Source: Octopus sinensis
Lineage: Eukaryota
Reading direction: 5' to 3'
NCBI RefSeq assembly: GCF_006345805.1
Contig: NC_043006.1
Span: 21,390,001-21,454,000 of the forward strand
DNA length: 64,000 bases
Shown one piece after another: positions 37,871 through 49,661 of this stretch. Both the position numbers and the translations under genes were made by a program. The notes under the pieces are model-generated. The model saw only the letters and a program-made list of their open reading frames with translations, made no database searches and was not told the origin of the DNA. Every line of letters begins with the position of its first letter. Within the stretch, counting starts at the first letter, position 1.

Positions 37871-39177
37871 CATACATACATACATGCACACACACATATA
37901 TATACATACATACGTATATATACATATGTTTACATACACACACTCACACACTCACATACACATAGGTTGATAGATAGAACAGACAGACAGACAGACAGAC
38001 AGACGGACGGACAGACAGAGAGACAGATAGATATATAGGCAGACAGACAGACAGATAGATAGACGGACGGATGGACTGACAGATAGATAGATAGATAGAT
38101 AGTTTCTTTATTAGCCACACAGGGCTGCACACAGACAGGACAAAATTACAAGGTAGAGCTTTTCTTTTGGGGGTAAAAGAAGGGGGTTTGGTTTTCGATC
38201 AAAAGGGATCGTAAATGGAAAGAAAGAGGACAAAAAAAGGGGGGGATAAAATAAAATTTTTAAAAAAAAGGGAGGTGAGGAAAAAGAAAGGGAAAGGAAA
38301 AAAATTGATCAATAGGGATCGTTGGAAAAATGAAAGCAAAAATATTACAAATCGTTCATACTTTAATAGTTCATATTTGCATTCAATAGCTGTTTCTTTG
38401 GGATAAACATCGCTAATTCCAAACAGCAGAAAAATCTGCCAGCTATCTACATCTAAGTTTCTAGAGATCGTTAAAGCCAACCTAAATTTTTTTCTGAATT
38501 CCGAACATGATATTATTATAAACTATAACCATTTAAACTCCTTTCTCCTCTCCAGATACAATAAACGTTGAGATAAAAATCTATCACCACTTCTCTTTCA
38601 TGCGATAGCGAGTAATCACTATAATGCTAATTACATTAACAATTATAAAAGTTTTAGAACTAAATTATCGGTTTAAATAAGCTATAACAATAAGATGTAA
38701 TTTTAGTTAAGATCCTTCCTATATAATTTATGTCTTAATATGTATGCTTACGCTTTTGTTATAATAAAGAGTTTTATTCTAAAGAACACCTATGTTATGC
38801 TTTTATGTTTTCTAACTCATATTCTTTTTTATAACATGTTTGTCATTTATCAATATATATTATATAATATATATATATAATATATATATATTATATATAT
38901 AGGATAAAAAATTTATATATAAGAACGTGAAATACACGAAGGGACGAACACGGAAAACAGACAAGTCATTCGAAGCCTTCAATCTTCAGTCAGAAACCGA
39001 ATCATCATATATATATATAGTGTGTGTGTGTGTGTGTGTGTGTGAGTACGTTTATAGACACATACACCACACACATACATGTATCTGTATAGGTGAGTGT
39101 AAGTGTGTGTATTTATATGTTTGAGTTCATATGCATCTATATTTATCTATCTATCTAGCTAGCTATCTATATATCTG

Positions 39178-39234
<57 letters not shown>

Positions 39235-39859
39235 GTCTGTCTATCTGTCTATCCACCTATCAATCTCTCTCTATCTCTTTCTCTCTTTGTCTGTCTCCCT
39301 CTTTATATATATATATATATATACTAGCAGGCATATCCGGCGTTGCCCGGGGCTGTTAAATATGCCTGTTCAGCGTAGTCTCCCACGAAGTGGAGCTGAA
39401 GAAACTGAGGTGAGGCAGCGTCATGCGGCTGCAGGGAACCAATTCTATGGTAAATCTGCCGTTGCACTTTAAAGGAAGGCATGAAATGCCCATCTCGTAG
39501 AATGCTGGCGCCGAAGGAAGTCATTTGGAACGCACAGTTGTAGGCACGTTTCTCTTGTCAAAAGATCAGTCAAAAGGGGTGGAGGATCTTGTAAAAGAGG
39601 TATTGTAATCTTACCGTTGGAGCAGCATCTGCCAGGAGTTTCTCCAGGCCACTTTTTAGCTCCGCAAATTTGGCAGATTGTGGACCTGCAGCCTATTTGA
39701 ATGTCAGGGTGATTACTGTAGTCAATTGCAGGATCGTAGCTGAATGCTGTCATTGACCAACGCGATGAGCATGGCCTTGAGTAGGAACGTCGTGCAGCCC
39801 TTCGCTGTGTTGTAGCCTCCAGTCTTTGTTGCCTTTCCCCTGTAGTCTCCGTAGCGCTC

Positions 39860-40215
39860 GCAGCAGCAGTTGCTGCAGCATCTCCTGTAAGTCGATCTGC
39901 GCGTTGTGCTGCAGTCTCTGCAGCTCGTGCAGCAGCAGTTGCTGTAGCATCTCCTGTAAGTCGATCTGCGCGTTGTGCTACAGTCTCTGCAGCTCGTGCA
40001 GCAGCAGTTGCTGCAGCATCTCCTGTAAGTCGATCTGCGCGTTGTGCTGCAGTCTCTGCAGCTCGTGCAGCAGCAGTTGCTGTAGCATCTCCTGTAAGTC
40101 GATCTGCGCGTTGTGCTGCAGTCTCTGCAGCTCGTGCAGCAGCAGTTGAGGAAGCATCTCCTGTAAGTCGATCTGCGCGTTGTGCTGCAGTCTCTGAAGC
40201 TCGTGCAGCAGCTGT
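39860..40215 (-). repeat. 69-bp (23-codon) tandem repeat, STPR-like, about 5 copies
   Basis: Translates as ETAAQRADRLTGDATATAAARAA in the frame that is stop-free from 40311 to 39469. Confidence 0.85.
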
Positions 40216-40462
40216 AGAGGAGAAATTTCTTGTTTGGCGTGCTGAACGTTGCTCGTTGCTCTGGGCGATTCGTTGCGCAGAGATACGTGCTAACCGATCA
40301 CAACGCTGTCTTCACTTTCCATTCTTCGCGCTGAAGCCATCCTAAATGCATTGAGAGGGTTCCTCCTGGCGGCGTCCTTGCCAGATTCATTTGCACGCAT
40401 ACGTTTTCTTTTCTTTGCAGCATTTGTTTGCAGACATATATTGGATCTTTTGCGTCGAGGCA

Positions 40463-40558
40463 TGGTGGAATGTTATCAGTTTACACTGGTAGAATGTTAT
40501 CAGTTTACACTGGTAGAATGTTATCAGTTTACACTGGTAGAATGTTATCAGTTTACAC
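40463..40558. repeat. 24-bp tandem repeat x4
   Basis: TGGTAGAATGTTATCAGTTTACAC, abutting the Helitron ATG. Confidence 0.95.
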
Positions 40559-40767
40559 ATTAGAAACGGTCCTATGGAAAAAGCGGTGAATGTGCAACAC
40601 CAAAAAAATAGTAAAATGTAGTTAGCAAAAAAGTTAATCAAACAGCCCGAATTAAGGATTTTTAATTTCGGGTAAGAGTTTTCAAGTGGCTAGTTTGAGC
40701 TGGAATAATTATATGAAAAAGAGCGCTCACGTGAAAACAGGCAAATCGTAACTCGCAAATGAATACC

Positions 40768-41731
40768 TATTTCTTTATTACCCATAAGGGGCTAAACACA
40801 GAGGGGACAAACAAGGACAGACATAGGTATTAAGTCGATTACATCGACCCCAGTGCGTAACTGGTACTTAATTTATCGACCGCGAAAGGATGAAAGGCAA
40901 AGTCGACCTCGGCGGAATTTGAACTCACACGTAACAGCAGACGAACTACCATTTTTCTTTTTACCCACAAGGGGCTAAACACAGAGGGGACAAACAAGGA
41001 CCGACTAGGTATTAAGTCGATTACATTCGACCCCAGTGCGTACTGGTACTTAATTTATCGACCGCGAAAGGATGAAAGGCAAATTCGACCTCGGCGGAAT
41101 TTGAACTCACACACGTAACAGCAGACGAAATACCTATTTCTTTATTACCCACAAGGGGCTAAACACAGAGGGGCAAACAAGACAGACTAGGTATAAGTCG
41201 ATTACATCGACCCCAGTGCATAATGGTACTTAATTTATCGACCGCGAAAGGATGAAAGGCAAAGTCGACCTCGGCGGAATTTGAACTCACAACGTAACAG
41301 CAGACGAAATACCTATTTCTTTATTACCCACAAGGGGCTAAACACAGAGGGGACAAACAAGGACAGACATAGGTATTAAGTCGATTACATCGACCCCCGT
41401 GCATAACTGGTACTTAATTTATCGACCGCGAAAGGATGAAAGGCAAAGTCGACCTCGGCGGAATTTGAACTCACAACGTAACAGCAGACGAAATACCTAT
41501 TTCTTTATTACCCACAAGGGGCTAAACACAGAGGGGACAAACAAGGACAGACATAGGTATTAAGTCGATTACATCGACCCCCAGTGCATAACTGGTACTT
41601 AATTTATCGACCGCGAAAGGATGAAAGGCAAAGTCGACCTCGGCGGAATTTGAACTCACAACGTAACAGCAGACGAAATACCGCTAAGCATTTCGCCCGA
41701 CGTGCTAACGTTTCTACCAGCTCTCCGCCTT
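40768..41731 (-). mobile_element. SINE-A concatemer: head + 5 units with 19-bp TSD
   Basis: TSD TAACTCGCAAATGAATACC at 40749-40767 and 41732-41750. Confidence 0.92.
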
Positions 41732-42269
41732 TAACTCGCAAATGAATACCGCTGGCAGTACTGTGCAGGCAGTCGTTTAAGAGCTCGCCACAGCTGATAT
41801 AGTAAACTATTGATTTTTTGCAGCTAGGTGTGTGTCACGCTTTTTCGCTGGCTCATGCCAAATCATAGGTGAGTTGAGAGTAGTCTATTTATGTTGGGGG
41901 TGCGGAATTTCGAGGAAAAAACTATATGAAAAAGCGTTGTAAGTCAAAGAAAGCACACATGACAAATTTGGTGAAATCCAGTTGAAAATTGTAGGAGAAG
42001 AAATGGTACACACAACACACACACAGACAAACAACTTGCGTCTCATCGACAACTGTGATTGTCACACGCCGATGACTGGTCAATACCCAGAAACTCGAGT
42101 CCGTGTGTATCATAAGTTGAAGACGGGAAGAATGGCTTCCCTTTGCAAATACTGATAGGGCACAGTAAGTGTGACTATAGCCAGCTGGAGGAGGTGTCCT
42201 CCTGGGGCTATAAACTACAGTAGCATCCACCCTTAGGGGTTAGCCATATTTAAATGGCAAATACGTCAC

Positions 42270-42315
<46 letters not shown>

Positions 42316-42395
42316 TGTGTGTAAATTTGATTTAGTACTTCTAAATTGATTTTATTTTTCTTTGTGAGTTTTGGATTTTATTCCCTCAAATATTA

Positions 42396-42429
<34 letters not shown>

Positions 42430-42456
42430 TATTAATATATATATATATATATATTA

Positions 42457-42515
<59 letters not shown>

Positions 42516-42516
42516 C

Positions 42517-42550
<34 letters not shown>

Positions 42551-42689
42551 CTTGCCTAGGGCTGTTTGTGTTTGATTGTGTAGGTCTCTGAATACATAAT
42601 TTTTACGTGTATGTAAGACTATATTAATAGCTATATGCATATGTAAACTTAGGTTTGTGTGCGTGAGTGTATGAGTGTGTGTATATGTG

Positions 42690-42848
42690 TGTAGCTTGCT
42701 TACCAACCACATCATTCCGAGTTCAGCCTCACTGCGTGGCAATTTGGCAAGTGTTTTCTATTATAGCCTCGGGCCGACCAAAGCCTTTTGAGTGGATTTG
42801 GTAGACGAAAACTGAAAGAAGCCCGTCATATATATGTATGTATATATA

Positions 42849-42882
<34 letters not shown>

Positions 42883-43095
42883 TGTGAGTGTGTGTGTCTG
42901 TGTTTGTCCCCCAACATCGCTTGACAACCGATGCTGGTGTGTTTACGTCCCGTAACTTAGCCGTTCGGCAAAACAGACTGATAGCATAAGTACGAGGCCT
43001 ACAAAGAATAAATACTGAGGTCGATTTGCTCGATTAAAGGCGGTGCTCCAGCATGGCCGCAGTCAAATAACTGAAACAAATAAAAAGAGGGTAAA
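42690..43095 (+). mobile_element. SINE family C
   Basis: Same family as 25885-26292, opposite orientation. Confidence 0.8.
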
Positions 43096-43111
43096 GAATA
43101 TGTATATATAT

Positions 43112-43211
43112 NNNNNNNNNNNNNNNNNNNNNNNNNNNNNNNNNNNNNNNNNNNNNNNNNNNNNNNNNNNNNNNNNNNNNNNNNNNNNNNNNNNNNNNNN
43201 NNNNNNNNNNN
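43112..43211. other. Assembly gap (100 N)
   Basis: Run of exactly 100 N. Confidence 0.99.
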
Positions 43212-43445
43212 TGTGTTTGTTTGACTGTGTGCGTGCATGTGTGCGAGTGTGCGTGTGTGTTTGTCAATCAGAGTTTATGTGTGTATGTGTGTGTGTGTGT
43301 GTGTGTGTTTGTTTGATTGTGTGCGTGCATGTGTTCGAGTGTGCGTGTGTGTTTGTCAATCAGAGTTTATGTGTGTGTGTGTGTGTTTGTTTGACTGTGT
43401 GCGTGCATGTGTGCGAGTGTGCGAGTGTGTTTGTCAATCAGAGTT

Positions 43446-43479
<34 letters not shown>

Positions 43480-43560
43480 TTTGACTGTGTGCGTGCATGT
43501 GTTCGAGTGTGCGTGTGTGTTTGTCTATCAGAGTTTATGTGTGTGTGTGTGTTTGTGTGT
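43212..43560. repeat. ~65-75-bp GT-rich minisatellite, 4-5 copies
   Basis: Repeated GTTTGTTTGACTGTGTGCGTGCATGTG...GTCAATCAGAGTTTATG. Confidence 0.85.
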
Positions 43561-44664
43561 GTGTGGCTACGTGAGTTTGTGTGTGTTTATGTGAACATGC
43601 GTGTTTATGTGTGTATGTGTATCTGTTAGTTTGCATGTGCGCTTCTGTGCGGACGTACGTTTGTGCGTGTATGTTTGTTTGTTTGTTTCTGTTTTTTGTT
43701 TTTTGTTTCTTTGCTTTTTGTTTATTTTTTTTTCATGTGTATATATATATATGTTTACCTGTATACAAACGTGAATTTATATGTGTGCGTATATTTTTGT
43801 GGGGAATCACACTGAAAGCAACAGCAACACATGGTGCATGTAATCGTGTGCATGTGTAAAACGCGTCTGTGCATGTGCATGCATATACATAAGAATTAAA
43901 GAGACAGAGATATTGCGGCTACGGTTTTTTTTTTCTTCTTTTTTATATGTTCTGCGTGTGTTCTGCGTGTGTCCGTGTGTCCGTTTCTGCGTACACGTGC
44001 GTGTGAGTGCTTGTGCAGATTCATTAATAATCGTGCACGATTGTGCATCTGTATGCGTGCAGGTGCTTCCGTGCCGGTATATGAGTCTGTCTGTGTGTGT
44101 AGTGTGTATATAAGTGTACATCGGGGTGCATATAACTGTCTCTCTGAGTGTGAGAGTGTGAGAGTAGAGTGTGTGTTTCGCAACTTTTTACTTTATTCAG
44201 ATTGAATAACAAACAACTCTCCCTCACCACTTTCTCACCACTTTCTTTCTCTCCCTGTTATCTCTTTTCTTCTCTATTTTCTTTCCTAAGTCTCTCTCTC
44301 TTTCTTTCTCCCAATCTCTCATCTCTCTTCCTCCCTCTCTCACACGCACGCTTTCTCTACTATACATACATCTATCAATCAATCTGCTTATCTATCTGTC
44401 TGTTCGTGAATCTCTATCTTATAGACAGCAGTGTGTAATGTTTATATATATGTATATACATATATATATATACATACACGCACAATCATACACAACATAT
44501 ATGTTTACATTATATATGCTTATGTATATATATATATATATATAGTATATACATATGCACATATAATGTAAACATATATGTTGTGTATGTGTATGCGTGT
44601 ATGTAAATATATATATATATATATATATATACTTTATTTTAAGCAGCAGAAAATTCAACAAAAT

Positions 44665-44702
44665 CTGTTACTCTGAGTTTCTCGTTGCCGTTCATCAGAC
44701 AG
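44665..44702 (-). ncRNA. Minimal hammerhead motif F4
   Basis: Minus strand reads CTGT CTGATGA A CG-GCAA-CG A GAA ACTC-A-GAGT A ACAG: stem I CTGT/ACAG, 2-bp stem II with GNRA loop, palindromic stem III, GUA site. Confidence 0.65.
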
Positions 44703-44820
44703 TTTTTGCTAGAATGGAACTGTTTACTCCGGTATATATATATATATATATGTATCTGTATGTATGTATATGTGTATGTGAATGTGTGTATGAGGGGGTG
44801 TATGCGTATAATTGTAAATG

Positions 44821-44861
<41 letters not shown>

Positions 44862-45046
44862 TGGACATACTTAAATACTAAAACATACACACATACATAC
44901 ATTGCATATACGTGTATATACATATATGTGTATATATACATATACACATATATTCAAAAACATATCGACTCACGCATCTGCACACAGGCATATGGTAAGG
45001 ATATGTGTTACTCACATGTACAAATATATATATATGTATGTATGTG

Positions 45047-45083
<37 letters not shown>

Positions 45084-45550
45084 CATGTATACATACACAC
45101 ACAGATACACACACACGCAGAGTCACATGCATTTTAAGGGTTCCAGCTGTGTGTTATAGTTTAATATAGATATACTCAAAAATTAAGTCTGCATATTCAT
45201 ACCTGGTGGTCTTTACACTTTCATACATGCATACATGCATACCATTGTACCATATTATGATCATCGCAATAGCCATCACCATCATCATCATTCTAATCAT
45301 GATGGTCGTCATCATCAACATCATCATCGCCTGAAGCTTCTTTAACTTTATCTCTCGAGTGTCACGCTACCCATTACTCAATCGTATGAATAACGGAACA
45401 CCTGAAACACAGAAGAGTCAGCCCTTATGAAAACATATATGCACTATGTTTATGTACTATTGAGTACATTTTCCCCTTTGCAGGTAGATAAGTTTATATA
45501 TATATGTATATATATATATATATATACTTACATATATATATATATTGTTA

Positions 45551-45593
<43 letters not shown>

Positions 45594-46429
45594 ATATATA
45601 TATATCTATATATATATATATATACGTACATATATATATATTGTATATATATATATATAATATATTTATATCTATAATATATATAATATATAGTATACGT
45701 ACATATATATATGTATATATATATATATTATATATATACGTATATATATATATTTTATATTTATGTATATATGTATATGTGTATGTATTTATGTATGTGT
45801 GTGTATGTGTGTATATTCGTGTGTGTATGTATGCATGTACGTATATATATTATATATGTATACATGTATATATGTACATACATATGTATATATTTATATA
45901 TATATACATATATATATATATGTATATATATATATACATATATTTATATATATATATGTGTGTCTGTATGTGTGTGTGTATGTATGTATATGTGAGTGCG
46001 TGAGTTGTGTGTGTGTGTATATATATATATGTGTGTGTGTATGTGTGTGTGTGCATCTGTGTATGAGGGTGGTGTATGTCATTCTTTTTATCTGGTTTAT
46101 CGTTGGTTTTTCTTTTTTTTTCCCTACCTTTCGACCGATCGATCGATGAATCAACTTGACTATCTCTCTTTCTGTTATTACTGTCTAACTATTTCTCATT
46201 TTCTCTTATTATTCTTCAAAGGAAGTAAGATGAAAATATTTGTGTGCCAAACTTCATGTTCCAAGTTCAAATTACTTAGCACCTAATTGTCCTTTCATTT
46301 TGTCGTTCGCACCGATTACATAAGTATCAGTTAAAAGCTGTGTTTAATTACACTGATTCGATACCACTCACTTTGTTATAAATTATTAATATTATCATAA
46401 TTATTATAATCAAAGTTGGGGAGCTGACA

Positions 46430-46629
46430 TAATCATCTTATCACCACAGAAATGCTTAGCGACATATCTTCCCGCTCTTAACATTCTTAGTCAAAATACC
46501 GCTCAGGTTACCATTGCTTTGAATGCTTTTTGGATCGATATAATTAAGTACCAGTTGAATATTGGGATTCGATGTAATCGACCTCCCGCTCCCCTAAAAA
46601 CTGCTAGCCCTGTGCCAAAATTTGCAACC

Positions 46630-46704
<75 letters not shown>

Positions 46705-46842
46705 AATGGTCACCGCACCGGACTGAATGCTTAGCGGCATTCCATCTGTCCTAATGCTCTGAGTTCAAACTGTGCTGAGCTCGGTGTAATCGACTAGTCC
46801 CCCTCCCACTAAAATTTAGACCTTGTGCCTTTAATAGAAAGG

Positions 46843-46905
<63 letters not shown>

Positions 46906-46943
46906 GTTATTATTATTATTATTATTATTAATTTTAATATTAC

Positions 46944-46991
<48 letters not shown>

Positions 46992-47520
46992 AAAGGTGGC
47001 GAGCTGGCAGAATCTTTAGCACGTCGGGAAAAATATTTAGCGGCATTTCGTCCGTCTTTACTTTCTGAGATCAAATTCCGTTGTGGTCAACTTTGCCTTT
47101 CATCCTTTCGGTGTTGATAAAATAAGTACGAGTTGGGTACTGGTGATCGATATCGACTCATACCCTCCCACGAAATTACTGGCCTTGTGCCAAAACACGA
47201 AATAGTTATTATTACAAAGGCGGCGAACAGACAGAATTGATAGAAAGACGCCAAACTTAGCAGAATTTATTCCGTCTTTACGTTCAGATATCTGAGATTC
47301 CGCCGAGACGGACTTTGCCTCTCATCCCTTTGGGTTCGATAAAATAAGTCCAAGTCAAGTACTGGGCTCCAAATAATCGACTTTCCCATCCACCAAATTT
47401 CCGGCCTCGTGCCTATCCATTCGGGGTCGATAAAATAAGTACCAGTTGAACACTGGGTTCGATCTCATCGACTTACCCCTCCTCTGAAATTGCTGGCCTT
47501 GTGCTAAAATTTGACATCAT
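46430..47520 (+). mobile_element. Head-to-tail cluster of about 5 older SINE-A-related copies, several separated by (ATT)n
   Basis: Repeated GGCGAGCTGGCAGAA / GAGTTCAAA / GTCGATAAAATAAGTACC / GGCCTTGTGCC modules, all on the plus strand. Confidence 0.75.
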
Positions 47521-47534
47521 TTTTATTTACATTT

Positions 47535-48315
47535 GACGGATATTTGTCCTCATCTTGTTTATTGTTAACACAACGTTTTGGCTGATATACCTTCCAGCTT
47601 TCACCAGGTGTCTTGGGGAAATTTCGAACCTGAGTTCTCATTCCTAAGGTATTTTTCCATGTTATTATTATTAAGGTCACTGCCTGAAATTGAACTCGGA
47701 ATCTTGGGGTTAGTAGCCCACACTCTTAACCACTACGCAATATGGAGTAAATTTTTAGGGTTTATAAATCTAATATTTTCCTATCTTTCCTTAATATCGG
47801 TTCCCATATGCTATTCATATCTGCGCTCGGTCTCTCCTAACACAGGGGGAGGTGGTCTCCATTTTTCCATACATGTTCACCTCCCCCGGTGGGATGAAGT
47901 TAAAATAATAGACAGAGAACACTACTGGTAAATACGAAAACTAAAAGAAGCAGCACATATGCTAGGACACAACAACCTCCTAAGCAGACCAAATGCAGAT
48001 ATGAATAGCATATGGGAACGGATATTAAAGAAGGATAGGAAAATATTAGATTAATAAGCCCTAAAAATTCACTCCTTAATTACCCACGGGCATATGGCAT
48101 GATGGATAAGAGCGCGAGCTACTAACCCCAAGATACCTAGTTCGATTCCAGGCAGTGACCTTAATAATAATAATAATAATAACAACATTGAAAAATACAT
48201 TAGGAATGAGAACCCAGGTTCGAAATTCCCCAAGACACCTGATAATGGATGGAGGGTATATCAGCCGGAACGTTGTATTATCAACAAACAAGATGAGGAC
48301 AAATATTCGTCATTT
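47535..48315 (+). mobile_element. 5'-truncated PLE with inverted terminal copy; the terminal repeat contains a tRNA-like segment, (AAT)n and a hammerhead motif (F5)
   Basis: WDEVKIIDREHYW*IRKLKEAAHMLGHNNLLSRPNADMNSIWERILKKDRKILD* (GIY-YIG C-terminus) at about 47890-48055; 47535-47830 is the inverted homologue of about 47985-48315. Confidence 0.8.
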
Positions 48316-48524
48316 CTAAAATATAGATTATCATTATTATTGAGTGAGAGAGTAGTGCATGCCATCAAAGTGACACTGGTGTAAAATATACGAAGCCCAG
48401 TATACCCATCATGACTACCCGTCTGATAAGGGTACACTAGGCACTGCATCACAACCATATGTGCGCGACATGGTGATCTCATATCAAGATAAACAGCACA
48501 TGACCTTGTAGGTGGAGCCCAGTT

Positions 48525-48820
<296 letters not shown>

Positions 48821-49317
48821 CGAAGGTGGTGGGTTGATATAATCATAGGGCATCGGGCAAGATGCATTGCATTCTGGCTCTTTATGTTCCGAGTTCAATT
48901 CCCGATGGGGGTCAACTTGTCTTTCCTCCTCCTCCTGAGGTTGATTCGATCGATTTTTTTTCACCTACTCCCGTCTCCTTGCAATTCATTGAGATTTATC
49001 ACGTTCAGTAAAGTACTCCCAGCTCTCAGCTTCAAGCAAGCATAGCAAAACAACTTGTCTTGGTAACATGATTTCGCTAATTGTTTTTTTTTATGCTACT
49101 GTAGTTGCAAGCTATCGTAAAACGCCCTGAAAGTGATGACTGGAGGGAGAGCGGACCCCATCAGCATCCCTCTGTTATTCATTGCAGCTGAGACCTTCAG
49201 AGCAACTTGAAAGAAGTGCCGCCCGGTCTAGAATCCCCGAACTTACGAATTTATTATAACGATCCAAACTACGAGGCTAGGCGCCTTCCCTCTATGACAC
49301 ATCTTTATATAGACTAC

Positions 49318-49661
49318 GTGGAGGCGCAATGGCCCAGTGGTTAGGGCAGCGGACTCGCGGTCGTAGGATCGCGGTTTCGATTCCCAGACCGGGCGTTGTG
49401 AGTGTTTATTGAGCGAAAACACCTAAAGCTCCACGAGGCTCCGGCAGGGGATGGTGGTGATCCCTGCTGTACTCTTTCACCACAACTTTCTCTCACTCTT
49501 ACTTCCTGTTTCTGTTGTACCTGTATTTCAAAGGGCCGGCCTTGTCACTCTCTGCGTCACGCTGAATATCCCCGAGAACTACGTTAAGGGTACACGTGTC
49601 TGTGGAGTGCTCAGCCACTTACACGTTAATTTCACGAGCAGGCTGTGAATGCTTCCAGTCC
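49318..49661 (+). mobile_element. SINE family B with 11-bp TSD and a 3' internal deletion
   Basis: TSD ATATAGACTAC at 49307-49317 and 49662-49672. Confidence 0.9.

Larger units (their letters stand above)
39324..40560 (-). mobile_element. Internally deleted Helitron: N-terminal RepHel coding region fused to the 3' terminus
   Basis: ATG at 40463 gives MPRRKRSNICLQTNAAKKRKRMRANE; 23-aa repeats; AFSYDPAIDY, CQICGAKKWPGETPGRCCSNGKI, YNCAFQMTSFGA, FKVQRQIYHRIGSL, FLQLHF; then the hairpin CCCGGGCAACGCCGG and CTAG|T at 39327-39323. The 5' end lies further right and was not defined. Confidence 0.9.

Noticed and set aside
38955-39000. Hammerhead in the CTGACTGAAGATTGAAGGCTTCGAATGAC repeat (also about 28880-28915)
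   Set aside because: Eight-base core, GAAT instead of GAAA, and inconsistent stem III between the two copies.
39826-40149. Cys/Ser-rich plus-strand ORF as a metallothionein or keratin-associated protein
   Set aside because: It is the antisense reading of the Helitron 69-bp repeats.
43043-43594. Long ORFs spanning 43.0-43.6 kb
   Set aside because: They cross the N gap and a GT minisatellite.
48088-48160. Functional tRNA-Ser gene
   Set aside because: Acceptor and D stems do not pair properly, there is no long variable arm, and it is part of a repeat.
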